Shown here piece after piece: positions 14,061-22,847 of a stretch of 39,124 nt of DNA; position 1 is the stretch's first letter, and each line of letters starts with the position of its first letter. The notes below the pieces were generated by a model that was not told where the DNA came from, ran no database searches, and saw only the letters and a program-made list of their open reading frames with translations. A program made the translations under genes and the position numbers. The DNA is from a virus: IMG/VR virus record IMGVR_UViG_3300021399_000040. One strand, written 5' to 3'.

Positions 14061-14858
14061 ATGATGAAGATCATATCAGTGATGAACCAGAAAGGCGGGA
14101 TCGGGAAGACCATGACGGCGGCATCGATCGCGTACATTCTGGGAGAGGAAAGGCAGCGGCGCGTCCTGTGCGTCGACGCGGATCAGCAGGGGAACCTGTC
14201 CATGCTGTACGACAGCTTCGATCCGGAAGGCGCAGGGATGCCGGAACTGCTGGAAAGACACAGAAGCACGGGCGGATCATACAGCACGGCGGATCTGATC
14301 AGGACGACACCGTACGAACACATCGACATCATCCCGGCGAACGGATACCTGATGCGCACGAACATGAATCTGCTGCTGAAGGAGAGGGACGACCAGATCG
14401 CCAGGTTCACGGCGGCGATGCTGGAAGTGAACGGCGCATACGACTATTGCATCGTGGACTGCGGCCTGCTGATGGACATGACCGTGACGAACGTCCTGAT
14501 CGCGTCGGATCTGGTGATCATCCCGGCAAAGGTCGGAGGATTCGAGATCGAGGGCATCGGAAACACGATCGAACAGATCGAAGATCTTCGACGCCTGAAT
14601 GCCGGGATCCGGACGAAGGTGCTGATGACCATGCGCCAGAAGAATCAGACATCGCTTCAGGTCGAAGAATGGCTGAAGACCGTATCCGGGTATGAGTGCT
14701 TCAGCACATCCGTCAGACGGTCGATCGTGGCGGAGAAGGCAACGGTCGCACGCCTGCCGCTGCCGAAGTTTTCAAAAGGCTGCATCGTGACGAAGGACTA
14801 TCAGGCCGTGACGCAGGAACTGATCGAAGACATGGAAGGCGGCGCGGCACATGACTGA
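14061..14858 (+). CDS. parA: ParA/Soj-family partition ATPase
   Basis: The RBS is gaaggaggg. The deviant Walker A reads MMKIISVMNQKGGIGKTMTAA, followed by VLCVDADQQGN and IIPA motifs. Confidence 0.88.
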   Translation: MMKIISVMNQKGGIGKTMTAASIAYILGEERQRRVLCVDADQQGNLSMLYDSFDPEGAGMPELLERHRSTGGSYSTADLIRTTPYEHIDIIPANGYLMRTNMNLLLKERDDQIARFTAAMLEVNGAYDYCIVDCGLLMDMTVTNVLIASDLVIIPAKVGGFEIEGIGNTIEQIEDLRRLNAGIRTKVLMTMRQKNQTSLQVEEWLKTVSGYECFSTSVRRSIVAEKATVARLPLPKFSKGCIVTKDYQAVTQELIEDMEGGAAHD

Positions 14859-15132
14859 AAAAGAGATCTGCGGATCATACCGCAGGGCAGACAACAAGAT
14901 GACACAGATCAAGATCCTGTCGGAACTGACGCTGAAGAGTGAATACGAAATCATGTCGATCGTCGTCCGGAACGGATACGAACTGCCGCCGAAGATCGTG
15001 ACCAGACTGACGAAACGCCTGGACACGCTGGACAGCAGGATCTGGAACGACGAACAGGAATATAAAGAGATTTACAGGGCGCTGACTGGCGCCCGGAAGG
15101 AGGAAAAGAGATGCAGCAGGAAGACAATGTGA
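14851..15132 (+). CDS. Hypothetical small protein between parA and the ParB-like gene
   Basis: The start overlaps the parA end. The product begins MTEKEICGSYRRADNKMTQIKILSELTLKSEYEIMSIVVRNGYELP... It may be a small DNA-binding protein. Confidence 0.55.
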   Translation: MTEKEICGSYRRADNKMTQIKILSELTLKSEYEIMSIVVRNGYELPPKIVTRLTKRLDTLDSRIWNDEQEYKEIYRALTGARKEEKRCSRKTM

Positions 15133-15416
15133 TCAGACTGAACGCGAAGGATGTCCTGAAGCTGTCGAAGACGGACTTCATCGTGAAGTACGGAGACGGG
15201 ACACAGCACGAAGTGAACGAAGGGATTCTGATCGAAGCGAATCCCGACAATTCCGTCACGTTCCACAACGGGACGGACAGACCGGAAGTCCTGTTCGCGG
15301 CGACGTTCGCGCTGTTCGAAGCGATCAGCAGATTCGGGCTGACGGAAAGCTATGACAGGTACTTCGCGGAAGAGATGCGGCAGAGAGGGCAGGAACCGAA
15401 GAAGGAGGGCGAATAA
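15111..15416 (+). CDS. Hypothetical protein
   Basis: The RBS is ggaaggaggaaaagag. The composition is coherent, and the stop abuts the next start. Confidence 0.6.
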   Translation: MQQEDNVIRLNAKDVLKLSKTDFIVKYGDGTQHEVNEGILIEANPDNSVTFHNGTDRPEVLFAATFALFEAISRFGLTESYDRYFAEEMRQRGQEPKKEGE

Positions 15417-17087
15417 ATGGCGGCAGGATGGAGCGTGCTGGACGCACTGAACAAGAACAGCAAGGCAGCGGTCGACGATAAGCCGACAGCAAGGTTCCGG
15501 ACGCGGGACATCAGCATCCGGAAGATGTACAGCAACGAAAAGAACTTCTACAGCATGACCGACATCGAGAAGCTGGCGCAGGACATCCTGACGTGCGGCC
15601 TGCTGGAAAACATGACGGTCACATATGCGCCGTGCGAGAAGGGCGAATACAGGATCATAGCAGGCGAAAGGCGCTGGCGGGCGCTGACGATGCTGTGCAA
15701 TCTGGGATACAAGGAATTCGAAGTCGCCACGTGCCAGATCAAGAATCCGGCAGAGGAACACGAAGAGACGGTGCAGCTGATCATGGCGAACGCATACCGC
15801 GATAAGACCGTGATGGACGTCCTGGAAGAGGAAAAGCAGCTGAAGGCCGCGCTTCAGTACATGAAGGACAACGGTCTGACGCTTCAGGGCTACAAGCTGG
15901 ATTCCGGAAGGCTGCGGGATGTGATCGCGTCCATCATGAACATGACCGGGACGAAGATCGCGCAGATCGAGAGCATCAACAACCGACTGATCCCGGAATT
16001 CACGCAGGAACTGAAAGAAGGACGCCTGACGTTCAGCGCGGCCTATGAGATCAGCGGCATGGACGAAGACCGGCAGCGGGACATGCTGGAACGCTACAAG
16101 GAGACGGGAAGCCTGACATGGAAGGACGTCAAGGAAGCGAAGGCAGCGGCAGCGGATGAAGAGAAGGAAGAGATTCCGGGACAGATGAACTATCCGGAAG
16201 ACTTCGAAGAAGAGGATGACGCGGATCAGCAGGAAGCGGATCGCTTCGCACATGATCAGGATCCTGCGGACGAAGAGATCTTCGCTGCATGGCAGGATGT
16301 GACGGGCAGAGGGACAAGGCTGAAGATCACAGACCAGACCACGAAGGACGGCCTGATCGAACAGCTGAAGGAATACTTCGGCAGATCTTACAGCGGATTC
16401 AGCGCGAACACGGATCCGGTGACATTTATCAACTGTTCCCCGAATGGGATCAAACTGGAAGTGAAGATCGAAGGACGATTCGTGCAGCGGAAGATGATCA
16501 GCTGGACGGCATTCGTGAACAAGGTGATCGAAGCGGGACTGTTCACGCCGATGAAGGAAGTGGACGCGCATCCGGAAGCGAAGGAAAGCATCTGCTACGC
16601 CTGCGACAATTACGAAGCCTGCCTGAAGAAGCAGACGAACGTCATGAAGTGCGACAGCTTCGTCGACCGCAGAGAAGCCAGGAAGACGGATGAAGAGCGA
16701 TACAGCGAAGAGCAGGACAGGATCGACAGAGAGACGAAGAAGAAGCTGGAAGCGATGCAGGAGGATCAGCAGGGGCAGCGGGAGCAGGACGACAGGCCGC
16801 AAAGGTACATCCGCGTGTCTGCTGACATGTATCACGCGATCGAGACACAGCAGATCCCGTACATGATCGTCATGAAGGACGCGCAGGGCTACAGAGAGGG
16901 CGACAGGCTGATGATCCTTGCGATGAAGGACGGAAAGGCCACAGGCGACAGGATGAAGGCCGTCGTGACATGCGTGGACGACGACACGACGTCCGGCGGA
17001 ATCTGCGAAGGATACGCCGTGATCGGCGTCATGGACATCTACGACGCGGAATCGCTGGGACTGATTGATCTGGAGGACGAAGACTGA
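15417..17087 (+). CDS. ParB/Srx N-terminal-domain protein fused to a Cys-cluster segment and a C-terminal DUF3850 (ASCH/PUA-like) domain
   Basis: The ParB box reads YRIIAGERRWRALTML. An acidic linker follows, then CYACDNYEACLKKQTNVMKCDSF. The C-terminus ...YHAIETQQIPYMIVMKDAQGYREGDRLMILAM...TGDRMKAVVTCV...EGYAVIGV matches the DUF3850 pattern by eye. Confidence 0.8.
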   Translation: MAAGWSVLDALNKNSKAAVDDKPTARFRTRDISIRKMYSNEKNFYSMTDIEKLAQDILTCGLLENMTVTYAPCEKGEYRIIAGERRWRALTMLCNLGYKEFEVATCQIKNPAEEHEETVQLIMANAYRDKTVMDVLEEEKQLKAALQYMKDNGLTLQGYKLDSGRLRDVIASIMNMTGTKIAQIESINNRLIPEFTQELKEGRLTFSAAYEISGMDEDRQRDMLERYKETGSLTWKDVKEAKAAAADEEKEEIPGQMNYPEDFEEEDDADQQEADRFAHDQDPADEEIFAAWQDVTGRGTRLKITDQTTKDGLIEQLKEYFGRSYSGFSANTDPVTFINCSPNGIKLEVKIEGRFVQRKMISWTAFVNKVIEAGLFTPMKEVDAHPEAKESICYACDNYEACLKKQTNVMKCDSFVDRREARKTDEERYSEEQDRIDRETKKKLEAMQEDQQGQREQDDRPQRYIRVSADMYHAIETQQIPYMIVMKDAQGYREGDRLMILAMKDGKATGDRMKAVVTCVDDDTTSGGICEGYAVIGVMDIYDAESLGLIDLEDED

Positions 17088-17467
17088 TGGCAAGCAAAGA
17101 AAAGTTCGTGGAACCGATGAAGAAATCATACAGCGTGAAGAAGCTGCTGAACGGCGACAGCCTTCAGGAAGCGCTGCACGGCATCCGGAACATCCAGACG
17201 ATGCTGTGGGAGACGATGCCGGATGAACACTATGCACAGGTCGAAAGACTCTTCGACGTGGCGATCGCGTCGATGATGGCGCACCTGATCGGTGTTCCGG
17301 TAGAAGAACCGCAGATAGAAGAGCACACGGAAGAGGGCGACGGCGAAGGAAAGCCGCCGCCGGAATCCGGATTCGATCGGCAGGAACTGCCGTATGACGC
17401 ATTCGGAGATTACAGCATGTTCAGGAAAGGAGGGAAAGAACGTGGAAGGGATGACACTGACGGATGA
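17087..17467 (+). CDS. Hypothetical protein
   Basis: The start overlaps the upstream stop (tgatg). The N-terminal two-thirds look genuine, while the tail overlaps the next gene. Confidence 0.55.
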   Translation: MASKEKFVEPMKKSYSVKKLLNGDSLQEALHGIRNIQTMLWETMPDEHYAQVERLFDVAIASMMAHLIGVPVEEPQIEEHTEEGDGEGKPPPESGFDRQELPYDAFGDYSMFRKGGKERGRDDTDG

Positions 17468-17825
17468 CCGCGTGATCTGCGACAGCTGCGGACAGCAGAC
17501 GGACATCGAACTGTGGACACGGCAGATCGCAAAGGACAGAAACGGTTATGACGTCACAGAACAGTATTTTGAATGCAAAAACTGCGGGAAGCACTACACC
17601 GTCGGCGTGTACGACAGACAGATGCGGCTGGACATCCAGAAGCGAAGGCAGATACAGGCGCAGATCCGACTGCACAGGCAGATCGGCAGCAGGCCGGGCA
17701 CGATCCAGCACTTCATCCGGAAGGAAGAGAACCTGAAGGACAAGATGCTGCGCAGATCGCAGGAACTGAAGGAACGGTACAGGGAGGAATGCGGAAATGG
17801 CACTGACAATTCTGACAATCATTAA
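17442..17825 (+). CDS. Zinc-ribbon protein with a basic coiled-coil tail (start GTG 17442 or ATG 17451)
   Basis: The RBS aggaaaggaggg lies at 17423-17434. Two CxxC pairs are present: CDSCGQQ...CKNCGKH. Confidence 0.6.
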   Translation: MEGMTLTDDRVICDSCGQQTDIELWTRQIAKDRNGYDVTEQYFECKNCGKHYTVGVYDRQMRLDIQKRRQIQAQIRLHRQIGSRPGTIQHFIRKEENLKDKMLRRSQELKERYREECGNGTDNSDNH

Positions 17826-17943
17826 ATATGCGCTGATCATCATCGCGTCGATCGTCGGGCTGACGGTCATGGCGATCATGACGGCCATGATGGGATTATA
17901 TTTGATTCTTGTATGGGCGTCCTGGAACGACGAATACGAATAA
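17797..17943 (+). CDS. Small hydrophobic membrane peptide (48 aa) missing from the supplied track
   Basis: The RBS agggagga lies at 17781-17788. The product is MALTILTIIKYALIIIASIVGLTVMAIMTAMMGLYLILVWASWNDEYE. Confidence 0.5.
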   Translation: MALTILTIIKYALIIIASIVGLTVMAIMTAMMGLYLILVWASWNDEYE

Positions 17944-17975
17944 GCGGGATCAAGCAGGAAGGAGACGGATAGAAC

Positions 17976-18440
17976 ATGAACAAAGTCATTTTGATGGGAC
18001 GCCTGACGCGCGATCCCGAAATCAGGTGGACACAGGGACAGGATCAGATGTGCATCGCCCGTTTTACACTGGCGGTCGACAGAAGGCAGAGAAGGCAGGA
18101 CGGGCAGCAGGCCGCAGACTTCCCTTCGTGCACGGCCTTCGGCAAAAGCGCCGAATTCTGCGAAAAGTACCTGAAGAAGGGAACGAAGGTCGTCATCGCG
18201 GGACGCCTTCAGACGGGATCCTACACGAACCGCGACGGGGCGAAGGTATACACGACAGACGTGATCTGTGAAGACATCGAGTTCGCAGAAAGCAAGTCGC
18301 AGGACGGCAGCGGGAACCAGCAGGCAGCGGCAGGCGGTCAGAATGCAGGATATGAGCCGCGGCAGCAGGAAATGGCGACGGATGCGGATGGCTTCATGAA
18401 CATTCCCGACGGGATCGATGAAGAACTGCCTTTTTCGTGA
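17976..18440 (+). CDS. ssb: Single-stranded DNA-binding protein
   Basis: The OB-fold N-terminus reads MNKVILMGRLTRDPEIRWT...FTLAVDR...KGTKVVIAGRLQTGSYTNRDG. A Gln/Gly-rich linker follows, and the acidic tip is DEELPFS. Confidence 0.92.
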   Translation: MNKVILMGRLTRDPEIRWTQGQDQMCIARFTLAVDRRQRRQDGQQAADFPSCTAFGKSAEFCEKYLKKGTKVVIAGRLQTGSYTNRDGAKVYTTDVICEDIEFAESKSQDGSGNQQAAAGGQNAGYEPRQQEMATDADGFMNIPDGIDEELPFS

Positions 18441-18463
18441 TCAGGATGAAAGAAGGTGATGAC

Positions 18464-19231
18464 ATGAAGATCTGGAAGGCGATCAGGACGGCAGCGGCGC
18501 GATTCTTCGGCATCCGGCAGCGGGAGCAGGAGCGGGAAAGCGAAAAACAGCAGCAGGACGACGCACAGAACGGCGCACAGAGCGGCGAAAGCGTGCAGAC
18601 GGGTATTTCATCACAGGAAGCAGAAAAGGCCGTCACAGAGGACACAGGGCGGCAGGAAGAGGGCGAAAAAGCGCTTCCGGCAGTGGGCGGACAAGGCGCA
18701 CAGGACATCCGGAAGATGATCTTCGAAAAACAGGAATATGAAGAGCGGATCCGGCAGATCGCAGACATGACAGGCGCAGATCCGGATCTGATCAAAAGCC
18801 GCATCGAAGAATATGCGAAGATGAAGGAGAAGACGCCGCTGGAAGCCGCGAATGAAGTGAAGGCTGCGCTTCATCTGCGGGACGCATACGTCGAAGCGGC
18901 GAAGGCTGCGAACGAAATGATGCAGGAACTGGCGCGGCGCCTGGGTGAAGCATTCGACCAGCTGGGCGACATCGTGAAGGACATGGCGGAAGATCTGGAC
19001 AGGATCATGCAGCAGGCGCGTGAAACGCTGATGACAAGCGAGAAGCGCAAGGAAGAAATCCGGGCATGGCGCAGATACTACGAAGCCAGGGCGAAAGCAT
19101 CGAACAACTACAGGCGGATGCACGGCCTGCCGATGGTAAGAAGGCCGCGCCGCAGATATGGAAGAAGATCAAAGCCGCCTGACGGCAGCGGCAGAGGGAC
19201 GGAAGAACGAAACTATACAAACGGGGAGTGA
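18464..19231 (+). CDS. Hypothetical protein (helical, charged)
   Basis: An in-frame ATG follows the RBS-like sequence gaaagaaggtga; the track ORF starts at 18437. No domain is recognised. Confidence 0.55.
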   Translation: MKIWKAIRTAAARFFGIRQREQERESEKQQQDDAQNGAQSGESVQTGISSQEAEKAVTEDTGRQEEGEKALPAVGGQGAQDIRKMIFEKQEYEERIRQIADMTGADPDLIKSRIEEYAKMKEKTPLEAANEVKAALHLRDAYVEAAKAANEMMQELARRLGEAFDQLGDIVKDMAEDLDRIMQQARETLMTSEKRKEEIRAWRRYYEARAKASNNYRRMHGLPMVRRPRRRYGRRSKPPDGSGRGTEERNYTNGE

Positions 19232-19238
19232 TGACCGA

Positions 19239-19721
19239 ATGCAGCAGGAAGACAAAGAAGTGGAGATCCGGAAGATCGTGCAGGACACGATGGAAGCCGA
19301 AAGGAAGATCCAGCGGAACAGGATCCTGTATAATACGCGGATCCTGATGGAACAGTACATCGAGATGCGAAGGCATGTCGAGAATGCTATATCCGAAGTC
19401 GAAGAGATGGACGCGACAGAATTCGAATCACTGATGCAGGAGAACACGCACCTTGAAAGCGTGCGGCGGACAAAGCTGAAGACGGCGATGATGATCGCGA
19501 ACATCGACAGAGCGATGGAGGAACTGCGGCAGGAGTATGAAGACAACCGGACGCTGTACAAGTACGAAGCCTTCCGGCTGCACTATATCGACGGGAAATC
19601 ATTCGAAGAAGTGGCAGAGATCCAGAACTGCGGAAAGAACACGCCGTCGCGCTGGTCGAAGGAACTGATCAGGAAGATGTCGGTGAAGCTGTTCGGGATC
19701 GAAGGCATCGAAAAGTGGTGA
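19239..19721 (+). CDS. Late-gene transcriptional regulator, sigma-70 region-4-like (ArpU/RinA-type by position and C-terminal HTH)
   Basis: An in-frame ATG is preceded by acggggag. The C-terminus reads YKYEAFRLHYIDGKSFEEVAEIQNCGKNTPSRWSKELIRKMSVKLFG. It is the last gene before the HNH/terminase block. Confidence 0.65.
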   Translation: MQQEDKEVEIRKIVQDTMEAERKIQRNRILYNTRILMEQYIEMRRHVENAISEVEEMDATEFESLMQENTHLESVRRTKLKTAMMIANIDRAMEELRQEYEDNRTLYKYEAFRLHYIDGKSFEEVAEIQNCGKNTPSRWSKELIRKMSVKLFGIEGIEKW

Positions 19722-19840
19722 AGGATTAAAACTGTTTCACATGAAACGAAATAATTCCCGGTCAAAATGTTGGGGAAAAGCTGGGGTTTTAATGGTGGGA
19801 CAGACGAAGTAAAATGGTAGCGTGGAAAGTTGCAAGAGGG

Positions 19841-19876
19841 AAGCAGCTGCGGACGAATTCGCAGCTGCTTTTTTCT
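19841..19876 (+). terminator. Strong rho-independent terminator
   Basis: The stem-loop aagcagctgcg-gacgaatt-cgcagctgctt is followed by ttttttc. Confidence 0.8.
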
Positions 19877-19964
19877 GTGCCATTTTCGTCCATCCACAGC
19901 GGCACGCACTGTCATCCGGAAGGGTGGCAGCGGCGTGTTCGTGTTCAGGAAAGAAGGTGAAAGA

Positions 19965-20432
19965 ATGCTGTGGCATAAATGCAGATGCGGCGCGCTGATC
20001 CCGCAGGGGATCCAGAGATGCCCGGACTGTGAAGCAGGCAGCAGCAGGCAGATGTCGCGGCACATGGAATACAACCTGTACAGGCGGGACAAGAAGACGG
20101 CGCAGTTCTACATAAGCAAGGAATGGCGCGGCCTTCGGGCGTTCGTGATCAGCAAGTACGACGGGCTGGATCTGTACGCCTTCTATGTCCAGAAGAAGAT
20201 CGCGACGGCTGACATGGTGCATCACATCGTGGAGGTCGAAGAGGACTGGAACAGACGGCTGGATCCGACGAACCTGTTCCCATTATCGAATCAGAATCAC
20301 GGCATTATATCCGCACTGTACGACAAGGACGAAGACACAAAAAAAGAGACGCAGGCACAGCTGCGGGACATTCTCCGGACGTATTGGGAAGGGCATGGGG
20401 GGATCGAAAAAGTTTTCAGTAATCCCTATTAG
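19965..20432 (+). CDS. HNH endonuclease (terminase-associated)
   Basis: The RBS is gaaggtga. The zinc ribbon reads CRCGALIPQGIQRCPDC, and the HNH core reads ADMVHHIVEVEEDW...LFPLSNQNH. The gene is adjacent to terS/terL, as in HK97-like cos phages. Confidence 0.85.
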   Translation: MLWHKCRCGALIPQGIQRCPDCEAGSSRQMSRHMEYNLYRRDKKTAQFYISKEWRGLRAFVISKYDGLDLYAFYVQKKIATADMVHHIVEVEEDWNRRLDPTNLFPLSNQNHGIISALYDKDEDTKKETQAQLRDILRTYWEGHGGIEKVFSNPY

Positions 20433-20555
20433 TCGCGCCCATCCTATTCCGTGGAGAAAACTCCCCACGAAAAAACCAAAATACACGGCCTGCGGGCTGA
20501 TGTGGTCATAATCTGACACATATCCGCAAGGAATGCAGCGGGAAAGGAGGTCGAA

Positions 20556-21080
20556 ATGTCAGGACAACGACAGCCGATTTCGCTGATTCAGGCGAAGGGA
20601 AAGAAACATCTGACGAAAGCAGAGATCGCGGAAAGGCAGCGGACGGAAGTGAAAGCGCCCGCCGACAAGGTCACGGCGCCGTCATACCTGACGCCGACGC
20701 AGAAGAAAGCCTTCCGGAAGACGGTGAAGGAGCTGCGCGCGATCGACCTGATTTCGAATCTGGACGTGGACGCGCTGGCACGATTGGTCATCGCACAGGA
20801 GAAGTACAAAGAGATCACGCAGCAGATCGCACAGCTGCCGCTGATGGTGGACATGCCGATCGAGACGAAGGAGAAGGACGAAGACGGGCGTCCGATCTAT
20901 CAGACGATCAAAGTGGTGAACAGCCAGGTCGAGCGTCTGGCGATCATACAGGACAGGTACTTCAGACAGTGCAGGCAAGGCGCGGCGGACTTCGGGCTGA
21001 CCGTGTCTTCCAGATGCAGACTGATCGTTCCGAAAGCGCCGGAAGCGCCGAAGGGAAACAAATTTGACAAGTTCGCATAA
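20556..21080 (+). CDS. terS: Terminase small subunit, P27 family
   Basis: The RBS is gaaaggagg. Characteristic sequence includes ...LTPTQKKAFRKTVKELRAIDLISNLDVDALARLV... and ...AADFGLTVSSRCRL... Confidence 0.85.
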   Translation: MSGQRQPISLIQAKGKKHLTKAEIAERQRTEVKAPADKVTAPSYLTPTQKKAFRKTVKELRAIDLISNLDVDALARLVIAQEKYKEITQQIAQLPLMVDMPIETKEKDEDGRPIYQTIKVVNSQVERLAIIQDRYFRQCRQGAADFGLTVSSRCRLIVPKAPEAPKGNKFDKFA

Positions 21081-21098
21081 TGCGGACGGGACGCAGTA

Positions 21099-22841
21099 AT
21101 GCAGGACAGGACAACACAGTACGCTGCGGACGTCCTTGCGGGAAAGATAACAGCCGGGGAAATGGTGAAGCTGGCCTGCAAGCGCCACATGGAAGATCTG
21201 GAAGCATCGAAGGCCGCGCCGTACAGGTACTACTTCGACGTCGAACAGGCCGAAAGGATCATCGACTTCGCTGAAACGCTGACGATCGCAGAGGGCGAAG
21301 AACAGGATCAGGTGCAGGCGTATCCGTTCCAGTGCTTCATTCTGGGATCACTGAACGGATGGAGAACGAAAGCAGGCAGCCACAGGCGCTTCAGAACGTC
21401 ATACGTGCAGCTGGGACGTCAGAACGGTAAATCCTTCCTGAACGGCATTCTGGCGGCATACTACGGCAATTTCGACCGCTACAGATACGGGCAGATCTAC
21501 TGCACGGCGACGAAAAAAGATCAGGCACTGATCGTCTTCAATGAGATCGTGAAGTTCATCAGATCGGATCCGGATCTGGAAGACTGCTTCGACATACACG
21601 AACACAATTCGACAATCGACTGCCGGAACACATACAGCAAGATCAAGGCGCTGTCGGGCGACACGAAGTCGATCGACGGATTCCGTCCGTATCTGGGAAT
21701 CGTGGACGAATACCACGCCCACAAAGACGACCAGATGTACAAGCTGCTGGAAGGCGGCATCAAGAAGATGAAGTCGGCGCTGATCAGCGTCATCACCACA
21801 GCGGGCTTCGACCTGAAGTCGCCGTGCTTCGCGCTGTATGAATACTGTGTGAAGGTGCTGAAGGGCGTCACGAAGAACGATTCGCAGTTCATCTACATCG
21901 CGCAGATGGATGAAGGCGACGACATGTGGACGCCGAAGAACTGGATCAAGGCGAATCCGATTCTGGAATATGATCCGGAAGCACTGGAAAACATGGTTCC
22001 GATCGCAGAGACGGCGAAGGAGATGGGCGGATCTTCGCTTCGTGACTTCATCGTCAAGCAGCTGAACATGTGGATCCAGTGGACGAACGACGTCTACATC
22101 AAGGACATCGAACTGTGGAAGGCCGGGAAGACGGACAAGACGATCCAGAACCTGAAGGGGCAGAAATGCTATGTCGGCCTTGACCTGTCATCCGGCGGCG
22201 ATCTGACGTCGATCGCGTTTGTGTTCACATCGATCAGGGACGGCGTCCGGAAGTATTACGTCCACGTGCACAGCTTCATCCCGAAGCGCCGCGTGGAAGA
22301 ACACATCCGCACGGATCGCGTGCCGTATGATCTATGGATCCAGCAGGGACTGATCACCGTCACGGAGACGATGGGCGGCGTGAAGACCGACTACAAGTAC
22401 ATCCTGTCGTACCTTCAGACAGTCGTGAAGGCGCTGAATCTGGACGTTCAGTTCATTTGTTACGATCCGCACAACGCGTCCGCATTCCTGACGGATCTGG
22501 ATGCGCTGGGATACGACAGCGTGGCGATCACGCAGTCGGCGAAGGCACTGAACGATGCGACAGTGGACTTCCGGCTTGAAATCGAATCCGGAAACGTCGA
22601 GCACGACGGGAACGAGATGACGACGTGGTCGATCGCGAACGCGAAGACAGTTTCGAACAGCTTCGGGGAAATCAAGATCGACAAGGAATACCAGACGGAA
22701 AGGATCGATCCGGTCGACGCGATCATCGACGCCTGGACGATGGCGATGAAGGGAGAAGTGAAGCCGGATGTGAATGAAAGTGTGGAAATGTGGCTGAAGA
22801 TGTACGAATCAAGCAGAGCAAGAAAAACGGAAAGGGGGTGA
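21099..22841 (+). CDS. terL: Terminase large subunit (Terminase_1 type)
   Basis: The Walker A motif is LGRQNGKS and the Walker B motif is LGIVDEYH. The C-terminus is a nuclease-domain-like region. The protein is 580 aa and lies directly after terS. Confidence 0.92.
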   Translation: MQDRTTQYAADVLAGKITAGEMVKLACKRHMEDLEASKAAPYRYYFDVEQAERIIDFAETLTIAEGEEQDQVQAYPFQCFILGSLNGWRTKAGSHRRFRTSYVQLGRQNGKSFLNGILAAYYGNFDRYRYGQIYCTATKKDQALIVFNEIVKFIRSDPDLEDCFDIHEHNSTIDCRNTYSKIKALSGDTKSIDGFRPYLGIVDEYHAHKDDQMYKLLEGGIKKMKSALISVITTAGFDLKSPCFALYEYCVKVLKGVTKNDSQFIYIAQMDEGDDMWTPKNWIKANPILEYDPEALENMVPIAETAKEMGGSSLRDFIVKQLNMWIQWTNDVYIKDIELWKAGKTDKTIQNLKGQKCYVGLDLSSGGDLTSIAFVFTSIRDGVRKYYVHVHSFIPKRRVEEHIRTDRVPYDLWIQQGLITVTETMGGVKTDYKYILSYLQTVVKALNLDVQFICYDPHNASAFLTDLDALGYDSVAITQSAKALNDATVDFRLEIESGNVEHDGNEMTTWSIANAKTVSNSFGEIKIDKEYQTERIDPVDAIIDAWTMAMKGEVKPDVNESVEMWLKMYESSRARKTERG

Positions 22842-22847
22842 TGAAGA

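Noticed and set aside
13749-14858. Long N-terminal extensions of track ORFs. These are 13749..14858, 13345..14040, 13166..13735, 10377..10934, 9657..10064, 27654..28322, 35197..36744, 19830..20432, 8867..9145, 19158..19721 and 2283..2516.
   Set aside because: The upstream portions overlap the preceding gene in another frame, are Arg/Gly-rich and lack an RBS. Each has an internal ATG preceded by a GGAGG-like RBS at which recognisable protein sequence begins. I used those starts.
15072-17402. Very long minus-strand ORFs opposite + strand genes. Examples are 15072..17402 (776 aa), 729..1937, 12342..13298, 31300..32463, 25429..26292 and 11344..11997.
   Set aside because: Their translations are low-complexity and rich in Arg, Leu, His, Pro and Val, with no motifs and no RBS. 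They lie exactly antisense to well-supported + strand genes. This is the expected artefact of purine-rich (GAA/GAC/AAG) codon usage on the coding strand, which depletes stop codons on the opposite strand.
21080-21274. The short ORFs 21080..21274 and 20962..21207 at the terS/terL junction.
   Set aside because: They overlap the terL 5' end out of frame, have Arg/Gly-rich composition and have no RBS.
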